DNA of 64,000 bases, from positions 4,237-68,236 of the forward strand of contig JBGSYH010000005.1 of NCBI GenBank assembly GCA_041751035.1. Reading direction: 5' to 3'. Each line of letters begins with the position of its first letter. Positions within the stretch are counted from its first letter, which is position 1. Positions 54,072-64,000 of this stretch are shown here, piece after piece. Made by a program: the position numbers and the translations under genes. The notes beneath the pieces were generated by a model. That model searched no databases. It was not told the DNA's origin and saw nothing but the letters and a program-made list of their open reading frames with translations. Source of the stretch: Pyrinomonadaceae bacterium (GTDB lineage Bacteria > Acidobacteriota > Blastocatellia > Pyrinomonadales > Pyrinomonadaceae).

Positions 54072-55982
54072 TCACGGCTGTTTCGGCTGGGCAGGTGCAA
54101 TATTGAAATATGCGACCGCCACGTCGTGGTCCGAAAATCGCTCGGGAGTGTTGGGTACAGCTCGAAGTATCTGCGGGTAATCGGCATTGATCCGGAGAAA
54201 TCCAAAACCCTCCAGATGCCTCCGCGTCGGGACATTTATCAAGAAATGGTCCAGCGTCTGTGCGTTGCCGTCGAATGTATATGAATAACGTTCCGACGGA
54301 GTGATCAGCTCGACCAGATTGATAAGGTCAGTTTCGATCAGGTCCTCGGTCGGCAATAGCACGGAACCCGCCGGTGCAGGTTTGCCCTTGATCGTTCCCA
54401 CAACATCGATCAAGCCATCGTTAAACTGAAATCCATTCAGATCACCGACGATCATTAGGCGTTCGCTTGGGTCGGCTTTTTGGCGTGCGTCGATCCATCT
54501 GGCGAGAAACTCGGCCTGGAGTTTCTTTTTCATCCGAACATTTGGCCCATCGTCCGGATCGTCAACGCCTCGGAGCGATTTCAGATGATTGTTTACGATC
54601 ACAGCGCGAAACGGTTCGATTCCGGCCGGGCCCGCAACCGAGATCTCGATAACGATCGGAGTTCGATCATTCAAAATAACATCGTTCTTTGTGCCCGGAT
54701 GTTTGTATTTATCGTTCTTACCGATCTGCTTTGCTGAGCTGACGGTCACACGTGAACTTTTTACGAGAAAGCCGTTATCGATCCCGCGGCCATCGTTTCC
54801 TTCGAATAAGTACGCCTCATATTTGGGGTCGGGTTTGCCGGCGGCAACAGCGTCTTTATTGATACGTTCGGCCAGCCGTTTCAGGGCGTTAATGTTCTCT
54901 GCCTCGACCACTGCGAAAACGTCAGGGAACTGCAAAAGATCTCGGACGGCGATGGATATCTTGCCTAAACGCTTTTGAAAAGCTTCGGTCGTGACGACCT
55001 CTTCGCGAATTCCCGGATCGTCAACATCGTCAAAAAGCGATTCGATATTCGCGACGGCGACCGTGAACTGCGCGTCTGTCGCTGCGGGCAATGCAAGCCG
55101 CCTTACACGGCTCGTGACATCGATCTTTGCATCAGCATCGGTCAGGATCGTATATCGGCTCCAGCCGTAATGCATCACGCCGACAATATTTTTGAGCTCG
55201 GCCCTTGAAGTTACGTTCAGGATCGTCGAGCCTTCCTGTTCGCTTGTGTCTATTCGGAGAATTTCCGGATTCCCGTCAAACAGGGGAAGGTCAGGAACAT
55301 CTTTCTTCCATTGTTCACGATCGGGCGAAGTCAGGAACTTGATGATCTCCATTCCGGGCTCGCGAAACGGGCGACGCATACCTTTCAGAACCGCAAAGAA
55401 AACACCGTTTGAAACAACCGATTCGGTCTTGGGTTCGACACGTCCGCCGGTCGGGGCGACCACGGTCACCTCATCCACAACGACACGCATTCCCTCAAAG
55501 CGTTCGAGCTGATCGATCAGATTCGGCGCAAAATCGGCCAACGTAAGTTTTACCGGTTTTGGAAGCGGATTGCTTTTCGACACCACTCTAAAACTGTCAC
55601 GTCCGAGAAAATGCGAGACCTCGGTTATCGTCAGCGTAGCGATAACATTTCTCGGTTTATATTCCACTACCGTACCTGAAACCGCGACCTCGCTGCCTAT
55701 CGCCGCTTCCGCCATAGGCTTGTCTTTCGTAAAGATAAAAATGCCTTCGGAGGTTAGCGGGTCCTTATCGATCTTGTCGTCAGGTGTCTGAAGAAAAAAA
55801 CCAGTATTAGTTCGGGCAGTTACAATACCGGTCACACGAACCTGAGCCCCGACATGCGGCGAAAGGTTCTTTTGCCCTTGAACCTCGGCGATAGGCAGTT
55901 CGCGTTGAGCAAAAGTGCCGACCGACAGCGCAAGTACTATCGAGAGAAATACTGATGTGCGGTAAAAGGTGTTTCTTGTCAT
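54072..55982 (-). CDS. ExeM/NucH-type extracellular nuclease (OB-like N-domain plus endonuclease/exonuclease/phosphatase domain)
   Basis: Signal peptide, then IAEVQGQ...VRVTGIVTA...GFFLQ N-terminal module and a C-terminal EEP-like ...FSDHDVAVAYF. Confidence 0.75.
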   Translation of the reverse strand: MTRNTFYRTSVFLSIVLALSVGTFAQRELPIAEVQGQKNLSPHVGAQVRVTGIVTARTNTGFFLQTPDDKIDKDPLTSEGIFIFTKDKPMAEAAIGSEVAVSGTVVEYKPRNVIATLTITEVSHFLGRDSFRVVSKSNPLPKPVKLTLADFAPNLIDQLERFEGMRVVVDEVTVVAPTGGRVEPKTESVVSNGVFFAVLKGMRRPFREPGMEIIKFLTSPDREQWKKDVPDLPLFDGNPEILRIDTSEQEGSTILNVTSRAELKNIVGVMHYGWSRYTILTDADAKIDVTSRVRRLALPAATDAQFTVAVANIESLFDDVDDPGIREEVVTTEAFQKRLGKISIAVRDLLQFPDVFAVVEAENINALKRLAERINKDAVAAGKPDPKYEAYLFEGNDGRGIDNGFLVKSSRVTVSSAKQIGKNDKYKHPGTKNDVILNDRTPIVIEISVAGPAGIEPFRAVIVNNHLKSLRGVDDPDDGPNVRMKKKLQAEFLARWIDARQKADPSERLMIVGDLNGFQFNDGLIDVVGTIKGKPAPAGSVLLPTEDLIETDLINLVELITPSERYSYTFDGNAQTLDHFLINVPTRRHLEGFGFLRINADYPQILRAVPNTPERFSDHDVAVAYFNIAPAQPKQP

Positions 55983-57733
55983 TCTCTATCGCGTCGGCGT
56001 TCAATTATTTCCTGGGTGTTCTTTGGTATCGCCGAGAAAAAATCGTAACCGGTAAGATTTTCGACGGCGTTGACCGTAACACGGAAATTGCGCCACGGCG
56101 TATTTATATTCAACGGCGGCTGATTTGGAACAATTATCCCAAAAGCCCGGGTTCCTTTATTGACCCGCTGAAGGTCGTTCGTTCCGTTCGGCATTATCAG
56201 AACCACTTTCCAGGTTACTTGCGGGACGACGATCTGTCCTTGTGCGATGGTTCCGGCATTTCCGTGGCCGCCTGAAAATATATAGATCTCCTGGCCCTGG
56301 TTCGCCAGCGAGCGGAGATATTGCTCGAATTCTTCCCACGGCCCCTGATTGTTTGCCGAAAGCTGCGGCATAAAATTGGTCATCAAAAAGGTGGCCGAAT
56401 TATCAGGTATAGACCGAGTGCGGTCGCCCGATGGACACGTATGGCCGCGGTCATAGCCGGAACCAGAATAGTCGCTATCTTGAACACGATACCAACCATC
56501 AGGAAGAGCCGGGTCAGGCCGATAATCGTCCTGCCGAGGTGCACTTCCAATCCATGTGCTGTCCAGCCGCCACGCGACCCAGTTTGCCGTCGCTTTGCTC
56601 CGATTATAGGAAAGCGTGTATTGCGGCTTTGGCATCAGGTAATTGTTCTCATTCGCGATATCCGGCGTTGAGTTGCTTGGGTTGCCAAAGAGCAGCGGAT
56701 CGTCGTCCGGCAACGGCGCGTTGATCGTTAAATTGACGTTGACAACAGCAACCCGGCCCTGCAGATCTACAGCGGCGCCAACGATCGGCGCAAGTCCGCC
56801 CGGCGTTCCGGGAGCGACCGTTGCAAGATAACTGAAAATATTGTCGCCAGGTGTTACATCGCCATTCGTTCCGTTGTCGAAGAAAGGCTGGCTCGCCGCA
56901 CCGCCGATCGCTTCAAGATTTGCAGCGACCGTTATATTTGTGCTTGGCGGCGTCGTAGCAGGAATGACGCTTACCGTAAGCAAGGTGTTCCCGCCCGCTG
57001 CAACAATATTCGGGCTTGCCTGCATTCCGGCCTGCAGCGTGCCGCCGAGATTGCACGTATTTACCGTAGAGCTCGAATTGCGGGGAGCCGGAGCAGCAAG
57101 CGAAAAATCCGCCGAGTTACTATCCGTATCAGCGCAGCCGCCGTTCCCGCGAAAAATAGCCGTCGTTACGCTCATTGCAGGTGACGCGGCCGCACCTTCA
57201 AAACAATTTGCGGTCCCGTATCCGACGCGGTCCACAAGCGATGCATCGACAGGACAAGACTGTGCAGGCAACCGCGTCGAAATATTTACAAGCGAGAGTT
57301 TGCCGTTCGTTGCCGAAAGATTGGGAATAAAACCTTCGGGGTCGAGCACAGGTGCGATGAAATCAGGCGTCGGTAACGCTGCTCCGACCGCACCGTTAGA
57401 AGCGAACTGGACAAGAAAATATTGCCCCGGCTGCAGCATGAAATTCGGAAGCGGAAATGCAGGGAGCCAGTTCGATCCACTGGCCGAAGCGTACTGCACT
57501 GACCAGCCGTTTAGGTTCACGGCTTCAGTGCCGCGATTAAACAGCTCTACATAATCGTGCGTGAACGGAGCACCTGACGAACCGCCGCCGCCATAGGCTT
57601 GGCTGATAACGACATTTGGCGAGACGAATGAACCCTCATTTTCGGCCGAAACTGTATCCGGGCCGACTATGGCAGATAAGATGAATAAAACAACTAATAG
57701 CGCAGGGAACACCCGCTTGAGAATATTTGGCAT
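55979..57733 (-). CDS. Secreted lamin-tail-domain protein fused to DNA/RNA non-specific endonuclease
   Basis: LTD-like YVELFNRGTEAVNLNGWSVQY and a NUC-family GYDRGHTCPSGDR active-site motif. The stop overlaps the next start by 4 nt (ATGA). The start may be 57733 or 57769. Confidence 0.8.
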   Translation of the reverse strand: MPNILKRVFPALLVVLFILSAIVGPDTVSAENEGSFVSPNVVISQAYGGGGSSGAPFTHDYVELFNRGTEAVNLNGWSVQYASASGSNWLPAFPLPNFMLQPGQYFLVQFASNGAVGAALPTPDFIAPVLDPEGFIPNLSATNGKLSLVNISTRLPAQSCPVDASLVDRVGYGTANCFEGAAASPAMSVTTAIFRGNGGCADTDSNSADFSLAAPAPRNSSSTVNTCNLGGTLQAGMQASPNIVAAGGNTLLTVSVIPATTPPSTNITVAANLEAIGGAASQPFFDNGTNGDVTPGDNIFSYLATVAPGTPGGLAPIVGAAVDLQGRVAVVNVNLTINAPLPDDDPLLFGNPSNSTPDIANENNYLMPKPQYTLSYNRSKATANWVAWRLDSTWIGSAPRQDDYRPDPALPDGWYRVQDSDYSGSGYDRGHTCPSGDRTRSIPDNSATFLMTNFMPQLSANNQGPWEEFEQYLRSLANQGQEIYIFSGGHGNAGTIAQGQIVVPQVTWKVVLIMPNGTNDLQRVNKGTRAFGIIVPNQPPLNINTPWRNFRVTVNAVENLTGYDFFSAIPKNTQEIIERRRDRE

Positions 57734-57964
57734 AAGACCGCTCTGGCTTAGAACAATTGTAAGGGGCAATCTTTATTTTTAACACAATTTGTCCAAATCT
57801 TCGCATTTGGTACCGCAAGCTTTAACCTCGATCTCACATTGCAAAAAGCCCGGATTTCAGATCATGACGGCCGTGCGCACGTTCAGACAAAAGCGGAGCC
57901 TGCAACACCGACCCCGCTATCTAAACGAACGAGCAATTGAAAGACGAACAGATGCCAGGAAAAA

Positions 57965-59422
57965 TTACCGGATGCGGTTAATTTGATCCATCAGGGCCTG
58001 AGCGTTCGGCGAATTCAGCCGAACAAGTTCGCGATGTGCGCGCATAGCCGCTTCGCGATTTCGCTGCCCGGCATAGATCATTCCCAGATAATGATAGGAA
58101 ACTGCATCGTCCGCATTTAGCTGTATCGCACGATTCAGCGTCGTCATTGCTTCCGCGGTCCGGTTCAGCTGCCAATAGGAATAGCCTAGCTCACGGTGAT
58201 AATGCGCGGGTTTATCGTTTACAGAAAGGAGCCGCAACAGTACTGACACAGCCTCGTGATAGCGTTTCTGGTTGTTGTAGCACCAGCCGGCTCGATAGAG
58301 AGCGATCTGGTTGTTCGGAACTATTGTCAATACCTTTGAATAGTTCAATAGTGCCATTGGGTAGTCTTTCTTGGATTCGAAATAAACATCGCCCAAACCG
58401 AGATATGCCGAAGCATAGTCCGGCTTTGCGCGTATTGCGGTTAGGTAAGCGACTATCGCCACATCGTCCTTGCCGAGTTTGAAGTTGGCATAACCAACCT
58501 CTGCATGTGCCTGATAATAGTCGGGTTTGGTTCGTAACGTTTGATTTGCCCAGCGCAGTCCTTCGGTGTAATTACCGATGTCGTTATATGCCCACGCGAT
58601 GTTATACATCGCGATGTGATTACTTGGCGAGTATTTTAGACCTTCGAGATAAGCATTGATCGCCTCGCGATTCTGTTTTGTTCCGTAATAATAAGCATCG
58701 CCGAGCCCCATATGGGCACCCGAATTGGACGGGTCAAGCTGGATGGCCCGCCGGAACGAAAGGATCGCCTCGTTGTTCTGCCCGAGCTTTCGCTGTGCGA
58801 AACCAAGCTCTTCGTACGAATCGGAATAATCCGATTTGATCGCAATGGACGCGCTAAGGTACGGAATTGCTTCGCGATATTGAGCAAGGTCGTTGTAAAG
58901 CGCACCGAGTTCATAGTTTGCGATATATGATTTCGAGTTAAGCGTAAGAGCACGCTTTAGAGCCACTATCGCTTCGTTGTTCTGTTTCAGCCTTCGGTGG
59001 GCGTAGCCTTTCTCAACATATATGGGCGCCTCATTCGGGCCGATGGTCGCAGCGCGGTTCAATGCGACGAGTGCTTTTTGATATTCCTCAAATTCGTTGT
59101 AGATCCAACCTATCCGAAACAGAGATTTTAAAAGCGGCTTGATCTTGACGGCGGCTTCGTATGCGGCAAGTGCGCTGTCGTGGTCGCCGGCATCATAATA
59201 TTTATCGCCTTCAGTCTGGAAAGATTCGGCAGTGCGGGCCGCCGGTACCGCGCGTTTCGGCGCGGTTCGTTTAACTTTGGGTTTTGTTGTGCGCCGAACG
59301 CGCGTTTCCGTCCTGACAGGTTCGGAATCCGCACGGCCGCCGCCGGCCATCTGTGCTTCGGCAGAAAGCGTGAGAGGTGCAGCCAACAAGAAGATCGCAA
59401 ATACATAACTGGTCTTAAGCAT
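57965..59422 (-). CDS. Secreted TPR repeat protein
   Basis: Signal peptide followed by about 10 TPR units (A..Y...G.......A...A). Confidence 0.85.
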   Translation of the reverse strand: MLKTSYVFAIFLLAAPLTLSAEAQMAGGGRADSEPVRTETRVRRTTKPKVKRTAPKRAVPAARTAESFQTEGDKYYDAGDHDSALAAYEAAVKIKPLLKSLFRIGWIYNEFEEYQKALVALNRAATIGPNEAPIYVEKGYAHRRLKQNNEAIVALKRALTLNSKSYIANYELGALYNDLAQYREAIPYLSASIAIKSDYSDSYEELGFAQRKLGQNNEAILSFRRAIQLDPSNSGAHMGLGDAYYYGTKQNREAINAYLEGLKYSPSNHIAMYNIAWAYNDIGNYTEGLRWANQTLRTKPDYYQAHAEVGYANFKLGKDDVAIVAYLTAIRAKPDYASAYLGLGDVYFESKKDYPMALLNYSKVLTIVPNNQIALYRAGWCYNNQKRYHEAVSVLLRLLSVNDKPAHYHRELGYSYWQLNRTAEAMTTLNRAIQLNADDAVSYHYLGMIYAGQRNREAAMRAHRELVRLNSPNAQALMDQINRIR

Positions 59423-59479
59423 TTTCGTAACCTCGCTTTCGTAAAGAACGTACAGGTTCGAGATTCCTGCACATGAACA

Positions 59480-60832
59480 TTATCGGGTCGGCCGCGGATA
59501 AACGACCGGACTTTTATTCCCGTCCCTATCGACAGCCCGAACGCCAAAGAAAACGTTGTCCTTTGACATATTTTTCATCACATGGCTCGTCACTTTTCCG
59601 ACCGCGACCGAATTCGTCCAATGCGGTGCGGTCGTATCGCGCCATACGATCTCGTAACCGGCGATGTCGGCTTCGTCAGACGCGTCCCATTTTAGTTCCG
59701 TATCGTTTCCAAGCCTGCCCGTTACTATTCCGACATTCTTGGGTTTCGCCGGAGCGTTCGCCAGGCGGGCAAGGCTCGCGGCATTTATGCGGGTGACGTT
59801 CGCGACATAACCGAAATCGACATACTCGGAGGTGTCTCCATAAAACTTGCCGTCAACGGTGCGGACGTTCTGGTGCTGATGGTTGTAGTCCTCGTTCGGC
59901 TCGGTAAAACGGACAGCCGCATAGCCGTTCTCAAGGAACGGGATGTGGTCGCCGCCGCGGCCAAATCTATCGCGGCGATAGATCATCATCACGCCGAAAT
60001 TCGGCGAATAGATCTCTGCTGTTTCGTAAACATAACGCCCAAGCTGGCGTGCCGGCGAATCGTTCTCGCCGCCTACGCTTCGGCGCGTTGCCGCCTGTTG
60101 CGTGGTCTCGTCCGAAGGAACACCTTCGGCAAAAACGCGGACCTTGTTTATGTCGGGCGAATTCTTAAACGTTGTCACACCGCCGACGATGTCGTTGGTG
60201 AACATCGCCTCGATATTCATCGTTTTCGCGACCGCCTGTTCGGCAAAATAACGTGCACCGAGCAGGCCCTGTTCTTCGCCGGCAACTGCCATGAAGATGA
60301 TAGTCGCATCGAATTTCAGCTTGGACATCACGCGTGCCATCTCGATCACCGCAGCGGTTCCCGATGCGTCGTCGTTCGCGCCCGGAGCATCGCATTCGCC
60401 ATCGGTCGGCGACGTGCACATCGAATCGTAATGGCCTGAAACAACGTAAATGCGGTCCGGATCGGTGGTTCCCTTTAATGTTGCGAGAACATTTGTGATA
60501 ACGGTCGGCTGGGGAATCCGCGGTGCCACGGGCTGCGTGAACGCCTGCTTTTCGACGGTCAAACAGCCTTCGCATGCGGCACTGATCCGCTCAAATTCGG
60601 CAAATATCCAATCACGTGCAGCACCGATGCCGCGCTTCGGATCATCCTGTGCGGACAGCGTGTTCCGCGTCCCGAAGGATTCCAGCTTTTTGATATCCGC
60701 TTCGATCCGCGCCGCCGAAACATCCGATAACATTTTAACGATAGCTGGATCCGATTTCGGCGCCTGAGCGGTACCTGCTCCGGCAAAAAGGGCAATGAAT
60801 GGCAATACGAAAAGCAGTTTCCGATCAAGCAT
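59480..60832 (-). CDS. M28-family aminopeptidase with C-terminal FN3-like domain
   Basis: GHYDS, GANDDASG and MAVAGEEQGLLG motifs. The C-terminus has an AGYEIVWRDT FN3-like segment. Confidence 0.85.
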   Translation of the reverse strand: MLDRKLLFVLPFIALFAGAGTAQAPKSDPAIVKMLSDVSAARIEADIKKLESFGTRNTLSAQDDPKRGIGAARDWIFAEFERISAACEGCLTVEKQAFTQPVAPRIPQPTVITNVLATLKGTTDPDRIYVVSGHYDSMCTSPTDGECDAPGANDDASGTAAVIEMARVMSKLKFDATIIFMAVAGEEQGLLGARYFAEQAVAKTMNIEAMFTNDIVGGVTTFKNSPDINKVRVFAEGVPSDETTQQAATRRSVGGENDSPARQLGRYVYETAEIYSPNFGVMMIYRRDRFGRGGDHIPFLENGYAAVRFTEPNEDYNHQHQNVRTVDGKFYGDTSEYVDFGYVANVTRINAASLARLANAPAKPKNVGIVTGRLGNDTELKWDASDEADIAGYEIVWRDTTAPHWTNSVAVGKVTSHVMKNMSKDNVFFGVRAVDRDGNKSPVVYPRPTR

Positions 60833-60876
60833 ATTTAGTTTGTTTTCCTTGAAATGTGCCGATATCTTACCACAAC

Positions 60877-62883
60877 CTAGCGTGATAAAACATCGAACGC
60901 CCGTAAACGATTACCGTCCGCCGAGTAAAGCAGATTCACCGTTTCGTCCGTTGTAAATTGCGCGTCGGGATCGGAGGCTAAAATATATCTCGCGTCGCGG
61001 CCGGTGTGAACGTTCACGCCGACGAGGCCTTTGCGATCAAACGGTTTTGGCAGATCGGTATAAAAATACATATGGCTGCCGCGAAGTTCGGCGACACGTT
61101 TTCGGCGGAGCAGATAGTTCGAAAGCCTGTCGGCGTATCGTGCCGGATCAAGCCGATCAAGCACGCTTTCCTGCACATCGGCACTCGAAGGCGTTAAACG
61201 CGAAACTCCTCCACGCACTATCTGCGAACGAATGCTCGAAGGCGTAATAACCTGAAAACCGCTAAGCCGGCTGATCGCTCCCGGAGCTCGGGCAAACGAA
61301 CCGAATGAATAGATCCTTTGCGTCGCGTAATTGCGGGCAGCGTTGCTGGCAAGCGTCGTCAGATCGAACGAACCAAAGCGTGTCCGCATTCCGGACCAGC
61401 GGAAATTATTCACCGTGCTTGCAAAGTTCAGCCCGCCGCGTGCCAAGCCGATCGCCGATGTTGCCAATCCGCCGTAACGGAAATAAAGAGCGGTCGCACG
61501 CAAAGCAATTCCGGCAATGATGCGAAATGCTCCACGGCTTGGTGCCTCGTGCCGAACACGCCAGATTGGTTTGAAATTGCGAACGTCGGATTCGAGTACC
61601 GAACTCCTTTTTTCAGCAAAAGCTGCTGAACGCTCGAGCAAAGAGAAGTATTCCGCACCGTCCTGCTTGCTGGCACGATCACGCTTCCGTAATTCGCTCC
61701 AAGTAGACGGGGAAAAAGCCGCGATCTCATCCTTGCCACCAAGCACCGCTTCTCCGTTTTCATTTAGAATCAAAAACTGTGGCCTATCGATCTTGTGAGC
61801 GAAACTCTGTCGGCGTTGTCCGTCCGAAGTATAGATCGCGTAGAGGTCATCTTTGTCCGCGATCAGAATCGTATTTGCGTCGGCGAAAACAAAATTCGTC
61901 AAACCCTTGTCGGCGCCTTTATATCGCCATTTGGTTTTCCCGTTTGTCGTGTCTATCGCCGACACGCCGTACGGGCCCTTTGAAACTATCTCGCCGTCTT
62001 TGAGCCGAGTGAATTGGCCACCGGTTCTAACGAAAAGCGTTTGCCCGATGATCGCCATTTCGGCACAGATGCCAAGGTCGTCTGCTTTCCACGCGACATT
62101 TCCGGTTTTTCTATCTACGGCTCGAATACGGCCGCGGCCAGAGATGTAAACATACTTTTCGTCGAAGACCGGATCCGCTTCGGTTAGCGCCAGGCCGTCC
62201 TCATTGATCTTAAATTTTTCGCGTTCCTTTTCTTTACCGGTAAGTGCGTCGTAACTTGTCGAGCCATCGTAGAACAAAAACAATCGGCCATCGATCAGCA
62301 TCGGTGCGCGATAGTTGTCGAGTGTAAATGAGATCTCGCCAAGCCCTTCACCGAATCGCGAAGGCATCATTTCGATCGAGCCATCCAGCTCTTTCTTCCA
62401 AAGTTCGTCGCCGGTCGAAAGCTTCAGGACGTGAACGATCGGCTTCCGCTTGAATTCGCTCCCGGCATTCGCTTTCGGATCTTTGACCAAAACTACGGCG
62501 ATCAGATCGGCTTCCGGATCGACCGCAAGCTGCATCACGTCGCCTTTGATCTTGTCGCTTTGCCAGATAGACGCACCCGAAATAAGGTCAACGGCCTCAA
62601 GCCGCGACTTGCTGCCAAGATCGCGCGAAAAGAGAATTAGATCGGTATCGGGAATTGGCGTGACAGCCGTTTCCTCTATTTTCCCGGTCGAGCGCCGCCA
62701 AATGCGTTCTCCAGTTTGCCCGTCGATCGCATAAAGACTGCGCTCGGTTCCGGCGAGAACTATCCCAAAATCTGTCGTTTGATAAAAGCGAATTTTTGAA
62801 TCGAGACCGGCATCCCAAACCGTTTGAGACGGAACTGTGAGCGAGGCGACGAGAACGATAAATGTGCAAAACAACTGCCGCAT
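60877..62883 (-). CDS. PQQ-like beta-propeller repeat protein
   Basis: Signal peptide and repeated ...GxxxWxxx... blades (DGQTGERIWR, SGASIWQ, TGNVAWK, NGKTKWRY). Confidence 0.7.
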   Translation of the reverse strand: MRQLFCTFIVLVASLTVPSQTVWDAGLDSKIRFYQTTDFGIVLAGTERSLYAIDGQTGERIWRRSTGKIEETAVTPIPDTDLILFSRDLGSKSRLEAVDLISGASIWQSDKIKGDVMQLAVDPEADLIAVVLVKDPKANAGSEFKRKPIVHVLKLSTGDELWKKELDGSIEMMPSRFGEGLGEISFTLDNYRAPMLIDGRLFLFYDGSTSYDALTGKEKEREKFKINEDGLALTEADPVFDEKYVYISGRGRIRAVDRKTGNVAWKADDLGICAEMAIIGQTLFVRTGGQFTRLKDGEIVSKGPYGVSAIDTTNGKTKWRYKGADKGLTNFVFADANTILIADKDDLYAIYTSDGQRRQSFAHKIDRPQFLILNENGEAVLGGKDEIAAFSPSTWSELRKRDRASKQDGAEYFSLLERSAAFAEKRSSVLESDVRNFKPIWRVRHEAPSRGAFRIIAGIALRATALYFRYGGLATSAIGLARGGLNFASTVNNFRWSGMRTRFGSFDLTTLASNAARNYATQRIYSFGSFARAPGAISRLSGFQVITPSSIRSQIVRGGVSRLTPSSADVQESVLDRLDPARYADRLSNYLLRRKRVAELRGSHMYFYTDLPKPFDRKGLVGVNVHTGRDARYILASDPDAQFTTDETVNLLYSADGNRLRAFDVLSR

Positions 62884-62937
62884 ACCGTTTAGAATAACGT
62901 AATCCGACGACTGAACAAAGAAATTTCGAAAGAGGAT

Positions 62938-62991
62938 TTCATTCGTGCATTCGTGGCAGGATCTTTAGCCACTAATGCACGAATATGAATG
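62938..62991. repeat. 17-bp hairpin of the GCCACGAATGCAC family
   Basis: attcgtgcattcgtggc - 10-nt loop - gccactaatgcacgaat, with one mismatch. It shares a 13-nt core with 29600-29644. Confidence 0.85.
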
Positions 62992-62994
62992 GCC

Positions 62995-63378
62995 TTAAAA
63001 TCGTCTGCCAAGCCAAATGCCGCCAAGCAACCCGACAAATCCAACGGCAACGCTTAGGATCAGATAAGCGAAGGCTGTCAAAGTCTCGCCTTCTTTCATC
63101 AGGCCATAGATCTCCATCTCAAATGTCGAGAAAGTAGTGAACGCACCGAGAAACCCGACAATAATAGCCAATCGCAATGCTTCGGACGTTTCGAATCGGT
63201 CAGTCAAGACGATCAGGAAAAAACCGATCAAGAACGAACCGGCGATGTTGATCAGGAAAGTCGGGAATGGGAATTTTTCAAAAACGCTCGCAAGCGGAGA
63301 AATATTGATCAAATATCTGGCGACCGAGCCGAACGCCCCGCCTACGGCAACGGCAAAGATCTTTGACGCGGTTTCCAT
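62995..63378 (-). CDS. crcB: Fluoride ion channel CrcB/FluC
   Basis: 127 aa with 4 TM helices and GGAFGSVARY and FLGAFTTFSTF motifs. Confidence 0.85.
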   Translation of the reverse strand: METASKIFAVAVGGAFGSVARYLINISPLASVFEKFPFPTFLINIAGSFLIGFFLIVLTDRFETSEALRLAIIVGFLGAFTTFSTFEMEIYGLMKEGETLTAFAYLILSVAVGFVGLLGGIWLGRRF

Positions 63379-63437
63379 AGTTTTCGCACGCTTTGCACAG
63401 ATTGCGACTGCGATTCCAGAAAGATACTATCATTCCT

Positions 63438-63920
63438 ATGGCTGAAAGCATTGCGTTCTCAAAGACTCAGGACCGATCGATCATTTATGCCGAACTCGTG
63501 CCGCAGATCGAGGCATTGGTCGCCGGGGAAGATGATCTGGTCGCAAATCTCGCGAATATCGCCGCGGTCCTAAAAGAAGCTTTCGGTTTTTTCTGGGTCG
63601 GGTTCTACTTAGCGAAGGGCGATCAGCTTGTTCTCGGCCCGTTTCAGGGACCGCTCGCGTGCACGCGCATAAATTTTGGCGAAGGTGTCTGCGGCCACGC
63701 TTATTCGATCGGCGAAACTGTGATCGTGCCAAACGTCGACGAGTTTCCCGGCCATATCGCCTGCAGTTCTGCGTCAAAGTCAGAGATAGTCGTGCCGATC
63801 TTCGGTGCTGATAGCAGAGTTTTCGGCGTTCTGGATGTTGACAGCGACCGGCTCGACGATTTTGGAGAGGTGGATCGAATCGGGCTGGAGCGTGTTGTAA
63901 AACTCATCAGGCCGAGTTGA
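63438..63920 (+). CDS. GAF domain protein (free methionine-R-sulfoxide reductase-like)
   Basis: About 160 aa with FFWVGFYL...GPFQG..AC..I.FG.GVCG, the pattern of the YebR/fRMsr family. ATG at 63438. Confidence 0.75.
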   Translation: MAESIAFSKTQDRSIIYAELVPQIEALVAGEDDLVANLANIAAVLKEAFGFFWVGFYLAKGDQLVLGPFQGPLACTRINFGEGVCGHAYSIGETVIVPNVDEFPGHIACSSASKSEIVVPIFGADSRVFGVLDVDSDRLDDFGEVDRIGLERVVKLIRPS

Positions 63921-64000
63921 ATCTTCCCTCGATTCCCAACTCGTTAATACCTTCCTCAATGCCTGTTCTCGAATAGTTCATTCACTTTTTATTTTGTAAA

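Noticed and set aside
63379-63437. Fluoride riboswitch upstream of crcB
   Set aside because: Only about 60 nt separate crcB from the divergent GAF gene, and the minus-strand sequence lacks the crcB-motif core (GGCGATG...CTAATGACTCC-like).

Overview
This 64-kb chromosomal window is probably from an Acidobacteriota-like genome. That is an inference from a carboxypeptidase-regulatory-domain TonB-dependent receptor, many secreted TPR/FG-GAP/PQQ-like proteins, a glycine-rich RRM protein and roughly 50-55% GC judged by eye. I support about 60 protein genes, most on the minus strand, and saw no rRNA, tRNA or CRISPR array. Core functions include ribA, murI, a PlsC-like acyltransferase, an MsbA-like ABC exporter, a sigma/anti-sigma pair, a PerR-peroxiredoxin-TlpA operon, M16 and M28 peptidases, two tandem extracellular nucleases, a GGDEF-EAL protein, OsmC, DJ-1/PfpI, CrcB and a GAF/fRMsr-like protein. 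The most unusual part is an accessory stretch at about 22.4-32.3 kb. It holds an XRE-type HTH gene and an ImmA/IrrE-type metallopeptidase gene separated by about 360 bp of 9-mer and 7-mer microsatellites. Next comes an IS200-like REP-associated tyrosine transposase (RAYT) flanked by REP-like hairpins. Then there is a compact, divergently arranged phage-derived module with endolysin-like, holin-like and two overlapping coiled-coil membrane genes plus portal on the minus strand, and a small HTH, GP20-like scaffold, HK97-fold major capsid and a small head protein on the plus strand. I could not find a large terminase, tail, integrase or replication genes in this module. REP copies sit in frame inside the endolysin-like ORF, and a 23-nt palindromic repeat sits in frame twice inside the portal ORF. 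Across the window, short intergenic gaps carry 'word hairpins', whose arms are tandem copies of a 6-14 nt word followed by the reverse-complement words. At least two of these word families recur at distant loci. All functional calls rest on motif recognition by eye from the supplied translations; no database search was run.
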